The notes below the pieces were generated by a model that saw only the letters and a list, made by a program, of their open reading frames with translations, ran no database searches and was not told where the DNA came from. From the human T2T-CHM13v2.0 reference genome, Homo sapiens: 64,000 nucleotides of DNA. Location: the NCBI RefSeq assembly GCF_009914755.1, contig NC_060947.1. One strand, 5' to 3'. The translations under genes and the position numbers were made by a program. Shown here in pieces: positions 28,135 through 41,012 of this stretch (the stretch's first letter is position 1; every line of letters begins with the position of its first letter).

Positions 28135-28658
28135 TGTGTGGCCCATTTCTGTGTAGTCCCAAGTCTGCATGCATAACTCTTTGCATATGCCTCAATGAAT
28201 GTATGCCCCCGTTTCTGTGTGCCCCAGCACCAGTGTACCTCACTTTATGTATATCCCAGTATTTGCTTCTTCCACTCTTTGTGAGCCCCAGTGTCTGTGT
28301 ATCTCAGTGTTTTTTTTCATGTCCTTGTCACTGTGGGACTGAGGTTCTGTGTGTCTCTGCATCAGCATGTTGTTGTGTCTCTGAGTTCCAGTTTTTGTGT
28401 GCTTCAGTCTCTGTACCTCAGTTTCTGGTGTCCCAGTGGCATGTATGTCCTAGGTTCTGTATGTTTCTCTCTCTGTGTTTTGCAGTGTCTGTGTATACCG
28501 GTACCTGTGTACTAGTGTCTGATCCCATTATCTTCATGTGTCAGTGTCCCTGTGTGTTCTGACATCTGTTCTAATGTCTATGTGTGTTAAGTATTAGTGC
28601 ATGCCAGTGCCTCTATGTGTTTTAGTGGGTGTCTATGTTTTCCAATGGCTGTATGCAT
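28135..28658. repeat. Degenerate TG/TC-rich low-complexity tract
   Basis: T-rich, A-poor text of tgtgt/tctgt/tctct motifs. Confidence 0.7.
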
Positions 28659-28894
28659 CTTTTTTTTTTTCTTTTTTTGTGACAGAGTCTTGCTCTTGTT
28701 GCCCAGGCTGGAGTGCAATGGCGTGATCTTCGCTCACTGCAACCTCCGCCTTCTAGGTTCAAGCAATTCTCCTGCCTCAGCCTCCTGATTACAGGTGCCT
28801 GCCATTACGCCCAGCTAATTTATATATATTTTTTAGTAGATACGGGGTTTTCACATGTTGGCCAGGCTGGTCTCGAAATCCTGACCTCAGGTGA
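28659..28894 (-). mobile_element. AluS-type element lacking its 5' end, fused directly to an old L1
   Basis: Reverse Alu text stops at ctgacctcaggtga and runs straight into L1 ORF2 sequence. Confidence 0.9.
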
Positions 28895-30421
28895 ATTGTT
28901 TGAGCTCTTTATACATTCTGGTTATTAATCCCTTGTCAGATGGGTAGTTTGCAAATATTTTGTCCCATTCTGTGGGTTGTCTCTTCACTTTGCTGATTGT
29001 ACCTTTGCTGTGCAGAAGCTTTTTAACTTGCGTTGATCCCATTTGTCCATTTTTGCTTTGGTTGCCTGTGCTTGTGGGATATTGCTCAAGAAATTTTTGA
29101 CCAGACCAATGACCTGAAGATTTTCCCCAATGTTTTCTTATAGTAGTTTCATAGTGTGAAGTCTTAGATTTAAGTCTTTAATCCATTTTGATTTGATTTT
29201 ATATGTGGTGAGAGATTGAGGTCTAGTTTTATTCTTCTGCATATGGATATCCAGTTTTCCCAGCACCACTTATTGAAGAGACTTTCCTTTCCCCAATGTA
29301 TGTTCTTGGCACCTTTGTTGAAAAGGAGTTCACTGTAGTTGTGTGGATTTGTTTCTGGGTTCTCTGTTTTGTTCCATTGGTCTATATGTATGTTTTACAC
29401 GAGTACCATGCTGTTTTGGTTACTATACCCTTGTGGTATAATTAGAAGTCAGGTAATGTGATTCCTCCAGTTTTGTTCTTCTGGCTTAGGATAACTTTGG
29501 CTTTTCTGGGTCTTCTGTGGTTCCATGCAAGTTTTAGAATTTTTTTTTCTATTTCCGTGAAGAATGTCATTGGGATTTTGATAGGGATTGCATTAAATCT
29601 GTAGATTGCTTTGAGTAGCATGGACATTTTAAAAATATTGAGTCTTCCAACATGTCAACATGGAATATCTTTCCATTTTTAAATAACTTCTTCAATATCT
29701 TACATCAATGTTTTACAGTTTTCATTGCAGAGATTTTTCACTTCTTTAGTTAACTTAATTCTTAGGTATTTTATTTGTAGCTACTGTAAATGGGATTACT
29801 ATCCTAATTTCTTTTTCAGATTGTTTGCAATTGCCATATAAAAATGCTACTAATTTTTGTATGTTGGCTTTGTATTCTGAAAGTTTACTGAATTTATCAT
29901 TTCTAATACTTTTCTTGTGGAGTCTTTAGGTTTCTCCAAATATAAAATTCAATCATCTGCAAACAAGGGTAATTTGACTTCTTCCTTTCCCATTTGGATA
30001 CTTTTTATTTCTCTATCCTATCTAATTGCTCTAGCTGGGACTTCCTGTACTCTATTGTGTAACAGTGGTGAAAGTGGGCATACTTGTTGTGTTTCAGAAT
30101 TTAGAGGAAAGGCTTTCAGTTTTTCCCCATTTAGTATGATACTAGCTGTGGGTCTGCCATATATAGTTTTTATTATGTTGAGGTATGTTCCTTCTATAAC
30201 CAGTTTTTGGAGGGTTTTTATCATGAAGGAATGTTGAATTTTATCAAGTGCTTTTTCAACATCAATTGAAATGATTATATGGTTTTGTCCTTCATTTGGT
30301 TGATAATAATACATCACATTGATTGATTTGCATACGTTGAACCATACTTGCATCCCTGGGATAAATTCTACTTGGTGATGATGAATGATCTTTTCAATGT
30401 GTTGTTGAATTCAGTTTACTA

Positions 30422-30711
30422 TTTTTTTTTTGAGATGGAGTCTTGCTCTGTTGCTCAGGCTGGAGTGCAGTGGTGCAATCTCAGCTCACTGCAAGCTCCG
30501 CCTCCTGGGTTCATGCCATTCTCCTGCCTCAGCCTCCTGAGTAGCTGGGACTACAGTTGCCTGCCACCATTCCCGGCTAATTTTTTGTATTTTTAGTAGA
30601 GACAGAGTTTCACTGTGTTAGCCAGGATGGTCTCGATCTACTGACTTCATGATCCGCCCACCTTGGCCTCCCAAAGTGCTGGGATTACAGGTGTAAGCCA
30701 CCGCGCCTGGC
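30422..30711 (-). mobile_element. AluY/Sc-type element in old L1
   Basis: Full reverse Alu with caagctccgcctcc and ttagccaggatggtctcgatc diagnostics. Confidence 0.93.
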
Positions 30712-30916
30712 AGTTTGCTAATATTTTGTTGAGGATTTTTGCATCCACACTCATCAGAGTTGTTGGCCTATAGTTTTCTTTTCTTTTCTTTCTTTCTTTC
30801 TTTTTTTTTTTTTCTGATGTGTTTTTGTCTGGTTTTGATATCAGGGCAATACTGGCCTCATAGAATGAGTTTGGAAGTATTCCCTCCTCCTCTATTTTTT
30901 TGGAATAATTTGCGTA

Positions 30917-31053
30917 GGCTAATTTTTGTATTTTTAGTAGAGACAGGGTTTCACCTTGTTAGCCAGGATGGTCTCGATCTCCTGACCTCGTGATCTGCCC
31001 GCCTTGGCCTCCCAAAGTGCTGGGATTATAGGCGTGAGCCACCACGCCTGGCC
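30917..31053 (-). mobile_element. Alu left arm only (Y/Sc-like)
   Basis: Left monomer plus linker. The right arm and adjacent L1 sequence are missing. Confidence 0.88.
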
Positions 31054-32716
31054 GGACTTCTCTTTATTGGGAGACATTTTGTTTGATCCTATTAATAGTT
31101 ACTGGTTTGTTCACGTTTGGATTTCTTCATGGTTCAATCTTGGTAGGTCGTATGTGTCTAGGACTTTGTCCATTTCTTCTAGATTTTCCAATTTATTGGC
31201 ATATAGCTGCTCATAGTAGCCACTAATGATCCTTTGAATTTCTGCAGTATCATTTTGTAATGTCTCTTTTTTCTCCTCTTATTTTATTTATTTGGATCAC
31301 CTCTCTTTTTTCTTAGTCTGGCTAAAGGTTTGTTAATTTTGTTGAACTTTTCAAAAAAAACTTTTTGTTTAATTGATCTTTTGTATTGTTTTCTTCATTT
31401 CAATTTCCTTTATTTCTTCTCTGATCTTCATTATTTCTTTTCTTTTGCTAATTTTGGGTTTGGTTTGCTCTTGCTTTTCTAGTTCCTTCAGATGTATCAT
31501 TAGGTTGTTTAAGCTTTTCTTCATCTTTAATGTGGGCATTTATACTATAAAGTTCCCTCTGAGTACTGCTTTTGCTGTATCCCATAAGTTTTGGGATGTT
31601 GTGTTCCCATTGTCTTTTCTTTCAAGAAAATTTTTAATTTCCTTCTTAATTTCTTCATTGACCTATTGGTCATTCAGGAGCATATTGTTTAATTTCCATG
31701 TATTTCTATAGTTGCCAAAATTTCTCTTATTGATTTAGAAATGAATAGTTTTACTTCATTGTGGTCAAATAAGAACCTTGATGTTATTTCAGTTTTTTGA
31801 ATGTTTTAAGACTTGTTTTGTGACCTAACATATGGTCTTTCCTTGAAAATGATCCAAGTGCTAAGGAAAATAATGTGTACTCTGCAGCCATTGGATGAAA
31901 TATTCTGTAAATATGTATCAGGTCCACTTAGTCTATAGTGCAAATTAAGTCTGAGTTTGTTAATTTTCTGTCTGGAAGATCTGTCCAATATTAAAAGTGG
32001 GATGTTGAAGTCTCCACTTATTATTCTATTGGGGTCTATCTCTCTCTTTGCTTGTAATAATATTTACTTTATATATCTGGGTATTCCATTGTTGGGTGCG
32101 TATATATTTAAAATTGTCATATCCTCTTGCTTATTGACCCTTTTATCATTATATAGTCTCTTCTTATAGTTTTTGCCTTGGAATCTATTTTCTTCTGATA
32201 CAAGTACAACTACTCCTACTCTTTTTTGGTTTCCATTGTCACGGAATATCTTTTTCCATCCCTTTATTTGCAGTCTATGTGTGTCTTAATAGGTGAAGCG
32301 TGTTTCTTGTAGGCACCAGATCAATGGATCTTGTTTTTTTTTTTTAATCTATTCAGCCACTCTATGTCTTTTGATTGGAACATTTAGCCCATTTGCATTC
32401 AACGTTATTATTGATAAGTAAAGACTTACTCCTGGCATTTTGTTATTGGTTTTCCTATTTTTTTGTGGTCTGCTTTTCCTTCTTTTTTCCATTCTGTCTT
32501 TCTTTTAGCAAAGGTGATTTTCTTTGGTGATATGATTTAGTTTCTTATTTTCTTGTTTTTTGTGTATCTGTCATGCGTTTTTTGCTTTGAGGTTACCATG
32601 AAGCTTGTAAATACTATCTTATAACCCTGGGTTTTTTTTTGTGTGTGTGGTCTTCTCTTCTTTCTCCTTCCTGTCTTCCTTTTAGTGAAGATGATTTTCT
32701 ATAATGATATGATTTT

Positions 32717-33016
32717 GCCAGGTGCAGTGGCTCATGCCTGTAATCCCAGCACTTTGGGAGGCCGAAGTGAGTGGATCATGAGGTCAGGAGATTGAGACCA
32801 TCCTGGTTAACACAGTGAAACCCCATCTGTACTAAAAATACAAAAATTTATCCAAGTGTGGTGGCGAGTGCCTGTGGTCCCAGCTACTTGGGAGGCTGAG
32901 GCAGGGGAATGGCATCAACCCAGGAGGCAGAGCTTGCAGCTAGCTGAGATCGCACCACTGAACTCCAGCCTGGGTGACAGAGCGAGACTCAGTATCAAAA
33001 AAAAAAAAAAAAAAAA
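32717..33016 (+). mobile_element. AluY/Sc-type element
   Basis: Full forward Alu with poly(A) and TSD gatatgattt on both sides. Confidence 0.93.
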
Positions 33017-36000
33017 GATATGATTTAGTCTCTTGCTTTTTTATTTTTTGTGTGTCTGTTGCATGTTTTTCAGTTTGAGTTTACCATGAGGCTTTCAAAT
33101 ACTTTCTTATAATCCATTATTTTAAGCTGATAACAACCCTGTTTGCACAAACAGACATAAAGAAAATTATTAAAGACTTTATGCCTTAACTTCATCTCCT
33201 CATTTTCTAATTTTTTGTTGTTACTATTTAGGTCTTATCGTACTATGTCTTGGAAAGTTGTTGTAGTTAGTAGTTTTGATTGGCTCATCATTTAGTCTTT
33301 CTACTTAGGATAAGAGTAGTTTACACACCACAGTTACAGTGTTATATTCTGTGTTTTTCTGTGTATCTTCAGGTGATTATTTATTGCTCAGTCATATCCT
33401 TGTCTTTCTGATTGAAGTACTCCCTTTAGCACTTCTTATAGGATGAGTCTGTTATTGATGAAATCCTTCAGCTTTTGTTTGTCTGGGAAAGTCTTTATTT
33501 CTCCTACATGTTTGAAGGGCATTTTCATGAGATTTACTTTTCTAGGGTAAAAGTATTTTTCCTTTCGCATTTTAATATGCCATGCCACTCTCTCTTGGCC
33601 TTTATGATTTCCACTGAAAAGTCTGTTGTCAGACACATGGGAGATTCATCGTCTGTTATTTGTTTCACTGCTTTTAGGATGCTTTCTTTAACCTTGACCT
33701 TTGGGAGTTTGATTATTAAATACCTTGAGGTAGTCTTCTTTGGGTGAAATCTGCTTGGTGTTCTATAATCTTTTTGTGCTTGAATATTGATATCTTTCTC
33801 TAAGTTTGGGAAGTTCTCTGTTATTATCCCTTTGAATAAACTTTCTACCCCTATCTCTTTCTCTACCTCCTCTTTAAGGCTAATAACTCTTAGATTTGCT
33901 CTATTGAAGCTATTTTCTAGATCCTGCAGGCATGCTTCATTGTTTTTTATTCTTTTTTCTTTTGTCTCTGACTGTGAATTTTCAAATAGCTTGTCTTGAA
34001 GCTCATTAATTCTGTCTTCTGCTTGATCATTTCTGCTATTAAAAGACTCCAATGCATTCTTCAGTATATCAATCGCATTTTTCAACCCCAGAATTTGTTT
34101 CATTCTTTTAAATTATTTCAATCTCTTCGAATTCTGAATTCCTTCTCTGCATTAGCTTGAATTTCTTTGAGTTTCCTTAACACAGCTATTTTGAATTATC
34201 TTTGATATCACATTTCTTTAATATGTGAAAGGTCACATATCTCTATTTCTCCAGGATTGGTCCCTGGTGCCTTATTTAGTTCATTTGGTGAGGTCATGCT
34301 TTTCTCGATGGTCTTGAGACTTGTGGATGTTCGCCTGTGTTTGGGCATTGAAGAGTTAGGTATTTAGTCTAGTCTTCACAGTCTGGGCCTGTTTGTACCC
34401 ATCCTTCTTGGGAAGGCTTTCCAGATATTAGAAAAGACTTAGGTGTTGTGATCTAAGCTGTATCTGCATTAGGGGCAACCAAAGCCCAGTAATGCTGTGG
34501 TTCTTGCAGACTTGTAGAGGTATTGTCTTGATGGTCTTGGACAAGATCTGGAAGAATACTTTGGATTTCCAGGCAGAGACTCTTTTTTCTCTTCTCTCTC
34601 TTTCTCCCAAACAAGTCTTTCTGTTATGAGCCACCTGGAGTTCTGGGTGGAGTGAAACAAGCACCTCTGTGGCCGCCACTATTAAAACTGCACTGTGTCA
34701 GACTTGAAGTCAGCACAGCACTGGGCCTTACCCAAGTCTTGGCATAACCACTCTTTGGCTACCACCTATGTTTGCTCAAGGCCCTGGGGCTTTATAATCA
34801 GCAGGTGGCAAAGTCAGTCAGGCTTATGTCCTTCCCTTCAGGGCAGTGAGTTCCCTCAGGCCCCGAATAGGTCCAGAGATGCCACCCAGGTACCAGGTAC
34901 TGGAGTCAAAAACCTTAGAAATCTACCTGATGTTCTATTGTACTGTGGCTGAGATGAAACTCAATCCACAAGACACAGTCCTTCCCAATCTTCCCTCACT
35001 TTTCTAAAGGCAGAGGAGCCTCACCCCATGCCCACTGCCACCACAGACTCACAGGGAGTACTGCCAGGCTACCACTGATGTTCCCTTAAGAATCAAGGGC
35101 TCTTCAATCAGCGTGTGTTAGATGTTGCCTGGCCTGGGACTCACCATTTAGGGCAGTGGGCTCCCCTCTGGCCTAAGGCAGGTCCAGAAATGCCATCCAA
35201 GATCCAATACCTGGAATTGGTAACCCTAAGAGCCCTCTTCATGCTCTACCCTGCAAGTTTGAGCTGGTACCTAAGGTGCAAGACAAAGTCCCCTTTACTT
35301 TTCCTTCCACTTTAGTGGAAGGAGTGAGTCTTGCCCCATAGCCATTACAGCTGGGAATGTGTTAAGTCTCATCTGAAGCCAGCAAGTCTGAGAGTCTCAC
35401 CCAAGGCTCTTGACGTAGTACCTGGGTATCACTGTTAGTTATTCAGGGACCAAGGGCTCTTCAGTTAGCAGGCAAGGAATCCTGCCACAACTGGGTCCTT
35501 CCCTTCAATGCAGCAGGTTCCCTTCTGGCCCAGGGTGTGTCTAGAAATGTTGTCTGGGAACTGGGGCCTAGAAAGGGTGCCTCACAACTCTGACCAGTAC
35601 CCTGTCCCATTGTAGCTTAGGTGGTATCCAAGATGCAAGACAAAGTCCTCCCCACTCTTCCCTCTTCTCTCCTCAAGTGGAAGGAAGAAGTCTCTTTCGG
35701 AGCTGCCAGCTATGCAGCCTGGGGTTAGGGGAGGTGTTGTGCCAGTACTCCCTTTGCCTCCCTGCCTAATGTCTCTGTCGGTTGAGTGGCCTCCCCTCCC
35801 CAGTCCACTGTTTCAGTGCCCAGTTTAGCACTAGGACTTGCTTAGGAGTTGCAGTCCTTGTGTCCTAGACTGCCTTTCATGTTTATTTGGGGCCCCAAAA
35901 CACTTTGGCCCAAGGTGGTGTGGCTTGTGGGAACTCAAATTTCAACTGCTGGGATGGGCAATTGCCCTCTGGCTAGGGCTAATTTAAATGTTCCCTCTGT

Positions 36001-36364
36001 GTGCAGGCGTCAGCTGAGTTCGTTATTTTGCTTTCTGCTATGACAGGGCAGCACTGAGTTCAATGCCTCACTTCAATTGCTGTGCTTTCCCTCTTCCAAG
36101 TAGTCAGATTCTCTCTCCACACCCCTCAGCCACTGCTAGGGGATGGGGAGGTGGTGTCAGTGAGTCAAGACTGTTTTTCCTACCTCTTCAGTGCCTCTTT
36201 CAGTGATATGAAGTTAAAACCAGGTACTGTGAGTGCTCACCTGATTTTTTGTTCTTAAGAAGTTGCTTTTTTTGTGTAGATAGTTGTTTAATTGGTGTCC
36301 TTGAGGGGAAGGCAGGGGATGATAGGTGGAGCCTTCTATTCCGCCATCTTACACTGCCTCCCTC

Positions 36365-38030
36365 TGTATTCTTCTGTCTGGGTGTCTCTGAGGCTCTGTG
36401 TTCCAGGGTCTGCATGTTCATAAATCTGCATATGCCTCTTTCCATATGCCCTGTGTTAGTGAGTCCCCGAGTCTGTGCATTTCTGGAACTTTACTTTCCA
36501 TGTTTGTGTCTCTGTGTTTCTGTATTTATCCTCTTCTCCATCTATTTTCCCCAGCTTTTGTCGATATCTCTGTATTATTGTTTCTTTATGTTACTGTGGT
36601 TGTGTTTTAAGTTGTTCTGTGATTCAGTCCCTCTCTTTTTCAGTTCCTGTGTCTTTTTCTCTGGGTTCCCATGACTGTTGACATTTCTGTGAGTCTGTTT
36701 GTCAGGGTGTCTTTCCGCATCTGTTTCTCTTTCTGTGTCACTCTGCCCCTGGTTTTGTTTTGGTCTGGCTCACCTCCTCTGTGTTCCTGCCTCTCTGTTT
36801 GCGTCTGGTGTCTGGTTCCATATCTTTTTATCTTTAAGCCACTATCTCTGTGTACCTGGGTCTGATTCCCTGTTCCCATGCCTTCTGTTGTGGCCTTGGT
36901 TGTCTGTCTGTGTGTAACTTTTTCTGGTGTTGCCAGGTGCATGTTGGTTCGGTGTCTTTGCACCCTTGCTTCTCTGGATATACTTCTTTGTCACATGTTT
37001 ATGCCCATTTGCTTATATTCTGTCTGTCTGATCTATGTGTTTAGGTTTCCTTGTTCCTGTTTCTATCTTACCAGACATGTCCCTGTGTTTCTGTCTCTGT
37101 GTCTAGCCTGTGTCCATATGACTGTGTTTGTGGGTTCACATCCCTATGTCTACTTGTTCTGGGTTCTCTGTCTCTGAATTCCCAATGTGCCTCTCACTGT
37201 GTCACCATGTCCCCATTTTACCTGGGTCTGCATCTTGCCTCTCCTTATGTCTCTGGCCTGAACCTTATCTCTTTTCTTGTAACTGTTCAAGTATCCGAGT
37301 CTCCATGTCTTTATCTGTGGATCTGTGAACATATGAGTCTGTGCTCCTGTCTCACTCTTAGTGTATTCCTTTGCCTATATCCCTATCTTTGTCACCAAGC
37401 CTCAGTCTGTGTAACATCTCTGTTTCTACATCTTTATATGTCTCTGGCCCTGTGTTTCTCTGTTCTTCTCCTATTCTCTGCCTCATGTCTGCAAATCAGC
37501 ATGTCTGTGTATCTCTGAGTTTCTACCCCTCTGACCTTGGTGTCTTGGACTGTGGTCCTGGTCAGTGTCTCCTTGGTTACCTATGTCCCCATGTCTCTGT
37601 GTGTCTTAATACCTCTGCTCCTGTGTCTGAATCTCTATGTTTATCTATCTCTTAGTTTGTATATAGTTATGTATCAGTGTCTTTACATTACTCATTATGT
37701 GTCTGTACCTAAGTGACCTTTTTTACTCTTTGCCTCTTTGTGACAGGGACAGTAACTGAAAACCACGAAGACACAGAGGTGCAGCCAGAGAGCATCTGTT
37801 CCTTTTTCTCTGAGTTTATGTCCCTGATTCTGCCACTCTGGCTCCCTGTCCCCATCTTTTTATGTCTCTATACCCCTATGTCCATGTTTGTTTTGTGATT
37901 CCTGTGTTTCCATAAATGTCTGTCCCTCTATCCATCCATATCTGTGCCCTTGTCACTGTTTTTCCGGGTGTGATCCTGTGTCTTTGGTTGTGAGTATGTA
38001 TATATGTGTGTCTATTGCTATGTTATGGGA
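36365..38030. repeat. Long degenerate TG/TC-rich low-complexity tract
   Basis: About 1.65 kb of T-rich, A-poor tgtgtc/tctctg text, giving many spurious Cys/Val/Ser/Leu-rich ORFs. Confidence 0.75.
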
Positions 38031-38039
38031 TCCTTTTTT

Positions 38040-38450
38040 GTTAATTAATTAATTCATTCTTTTAACAAATATTTACTAAGCACCTATTATGTGAGAGGCA
38101 CTGGGGATACATAGATGATTCAGAAAAGGTCCTTGCCCTCAAAGATCTCACAGTCTAAGTCAGGGATCCAGACAAGTAAACAGATGATTACTACACAGTA
38201 TAAATACTGTGAGCGTGGAGGGTTGGGGGTGGGCTATAGGAACCCAGAGGACAGGACCAAACTCAATCTAGGGCAGGCATCAGGAAAGGCCTCCTAGAAG
38301 AGGTAACAACTAGGATTTGAAGGATGAATTATACTCACCTACAGGAACAAAGGAAGAGTGTTTCATGCAGAAGGAAAAGCACATGCAATGGTCCAGTGGT
38401 AGGAGTGAGCATGGTTTGTTAGGGAAACTCTGAGAGCCTTGAATATGCCA
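38040..38450 (-). mobile_element. LINE-2 3' end, probably within the ITIH6 3'UTR region
   Basis: ttcattcttttaacaaatatttactaagcacctattatgtg..aggcactggggataca is the reverse L2 terminus. Confidence 0.75.
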
Positions 38451-38775
38451 TAGGAGTTAGGGAAAGCTGTGAGCAGAACTACTGATCATTTTTTCGTTTT
38501 ACAAAAGTGGCTTGTAGGGCTGGTGAGGAGCATGGATTTGGAGAGGGTGAGACTGGAGATGTGAAGGACCATGAAGATGCAGGAGTCCCTGACTCTATGT
38601 CTCTGCATGTCTATGTGTTTGTATACCCTTGTATATGTGTTCCTTAGAACATGCGTGAGTCTGTGTGTCCCTGTGTGTGCTTCCATGTCCTTGGGTCTCT
38701 GTCCCTGGCTCACCCCATGCCCTGGTTTCTGGATCTCCCAAATTCAGGTCTCCTGGCTCTGGAATTCAGAAGCCA

Positions 38776-38987
38776 TCACAGGACATAGGAGAGGTAGGGG
38801 TGGCCCAGAAGCAGCTCTACATGAGAGCGCTTCACCAGCCAGCAGGAAGCCCAGCGGGGCAGCAGCCTTGGTGAGTCCTTCAGCAGCCTCTTGCCTAGAA
38901 TCACAGGCACATCTGGGCCATGGTGCCTTCGTAAGCATGGCCCCATAGGTCCTGTCACCAGTCGGATGTCTGCGTGCTGGAACTGCC
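38776..38987 (-). CDS. ITIH6: ITIH6 last coding exon (13), ends at TGA
   Basis: CAG acceptor at 38989-38988. Encodes (G)QFQHADIRLVTGPMGPCLRRH...SCWLVKRSHVELLLGHPYLSYVL*. Completes the conserved GL(I/L)GQF motif across the junction. Confidence 0.92.
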
Positions 38988-39344
38988 CTGAGGGAGAGAG
39001 ATGCAGTGCTAGTCAGGGAGGTGGCCTGAGTCCCTGCTCAGAGATCTGCAAGGAGGCCCAGCAGGAAATCCAGAGGGATTTAAAGGAGGAAGAAGGAGGG
39101 GCAGCAAAAGACCAGAGGGAAGAGGCTTGGCATTGTGGGAACTGTACAGGAGCCAGATGGGGCTGGAGTGTAATATGGAAGTAGGGAGCCAAAGTACATG
39201 AGATGGCAGAGAAAGGGGGACAGCCAGGTTTGGAGAAGACAGGGAAGATTAGAAAGAAGGAGACAAGAGGAGGGAGGAGGCCCAGAGGAGGTAAAAATAT
39301 CTGTTTAACCCACTGTCACTCTTTGATGTGAGCCTCTGCCTCAG

Positions 39345-39785
39345 GTTCTGCCAGTGTCTCCTGACCTACAGCCTGGCTTCCTACAACCTCCCTTCATAGC
39401 AGTCTCCAGAGGGATCTTTGTAACACCCAGATATGACTGTGTCTCTCCTCGGCTTACAACCCTTCATGGCTCCTCATTGCTTTCAGGATAAAGCCCAATT
39501 CCTCATCCTGGCATTCAACTCTGACCACTCAACTCTATTTCCTCCAACTTCCATTCCTTTCCTCCACACTCTTGTTTAGCCTTTCAGACTCAGCGTGGGT
39601 GTGTCTACCTCCTCCAGGAAGTCCTTCTTGAGCTCTGAGGCTGGGCAAATTCCCCCACTCTGGTTTTCTCTAGCTCCCTGGGCAGCTTTCTGTCCAGCAA
39701 TGATCCCCTCCTGTGTTCACTATCCATATCTGGGTCTGTCCTCTCCCAAGATGAGGAGCTCCCCAAGGGAAGAGTCTGTTGCTGA
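39345..39785 (+). mobile_element. LINE-2 fragment in the last ITIH6 intron
   Basis: ccagagggatcttt..tggctcctcattgctttcaggataaagccca..cctcctccaggaagtcctt. Confidence 0.65.
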
Positions 39786-39883
39786 TTCCTCTTCCTTGTT
39801 GGGGATATACATGCCTTTCACCCTGGCAGGGTCTTTTTGGTGGCTGGTGCTCCCTGGCCCCTCTCAGCCTCAGCTGCACTTAC

Positions 39884-40261
39884 CTATCAGGCCACGGGCT
39901 GAGGGGCTGAGGCCTGAGCCATTGGCCACGTAGAACCCCAGGTGGGGTAGTTGCAGGGTACTGGGATGCCTGTAGCGGTGTCGGAGGACTAGGAACTCAA
40001 GGTAGGGCCCAAGGCGGAGGGTAAGGCGGGCTGCAGCAGCCACATAGAGCTCCAGCTGGGGCCTCTTCAGCAGGGCAGGTTGGTCCCAGGACAGGCGCAA
40101 GGTACCCTCGCCTCGCAAAGATATAGAACTGCGGCTGATGGTGATAGTATAGGCCCGGGGTTTGTCTGTAGTGACTGTGATGATCTGGAAGTAGGTGCGA
40201 GTCTGGTCCTTGTGGCCCGGCCTTGGTGGTGCGCCAAGCAGCTTCCCACTCACATGCAGCC
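39884..40261 (-). CDS. ITIH6: ITIH6 coding exon 12, 378 bp, C-terminal (ITI_HC_C-type) region
   Basis: Lies within ORF 39870..40310. CAG acceptor at 40263-40262 and GTAAGT donor at 39883. Encodes GLHVSGKLLGAP..TYFQ..HLGFYVANGSGLSPSARGLIG. Confidence 0.93.
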
Positions 40262-41012
40262 CTGGAGGGAGGGGAGTGTGGGCCTGGAGCGGGGGCTTTT
40301 GCATGGTCATTTACATGGTCACCCACAGCATGGGCAGATGAAGTAGTGCAGATTTGTGGCTAGAGGGCCGACTCCTGAGAGAACTACTTCTACCATGGTC
40401 CACCTGGCTGCTCCTTCCTGAGCAGTGTGTGGAGTGGGGGCATGTAGTATGTGTGCACACGCTTACCCCAGTGTGGTTGTTTGCATATATATGTGTGTTT
40501 GCCTCTGAGTGTGTAATATGTGTGTTTGGTTATGTTCATATGAGTAAGTCTGGGCATATCAGTACATCTGCATGTTTGGAGAAGGTGGTATGTTAGAGTG
40601 CGTATTTTTGCTTGTATATTTATGTATGCGCCTCTGGATATGTTGGTGTTATATGTCTTGGTGCAATAGTGTATGTTGTGTGTACCTGGTTATGTGTTGG
40701 TCTGTGCTGATGTGTATATGGAGTGTCAGTGTGTGCATCTGGATTAGTGTCATTGTTTGGCTTGGCAGGTATTTCCATGCATCAGTGTATTTCATATAAC
40801 TAGTGTAGCAGAGTATGTTTGCTGCCTGTATGTGTTGAATACCTGGAAATTGGGATTAACCTTGGGGTATTCAGTACTTGTATGCCCGAGTGTGTTGATG
40901 TCCATGCCATTGTGTATATCTGGGCATGTGTTGTGTGTCACCATGTGTCTAGGTGCATATTTGCATATTTGTGGGTGAAAGGAGTGTCAAAATATGTACA
41001 CCATGGTGTGTA

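Larger units (their letters stand above)
28895..36364 (-). mobile_element. Long old L1 (L1MA/L1M1-like) with 5'UTR, ORF1 and deleted ORF2 remnants; 3' end missing
   Basis: ORF2 remnants 29442..29627 and 30018..30353, ORF1 remnant 33534..34103, long 5'UTR ending with a reverse AAGATGGCGGAATAGAAG (YY1-type 5' end) at about 36350. Confidence 0.88.

Noticed and set aside
36249-37898. Many Cys/Val/Leu/Ser-rich ORFs (also 28080-28562 and 40354-41094)
   Set aside because: Artefacts of TG/TC low-complexity sequence, which lacks A and therefore stop codons.
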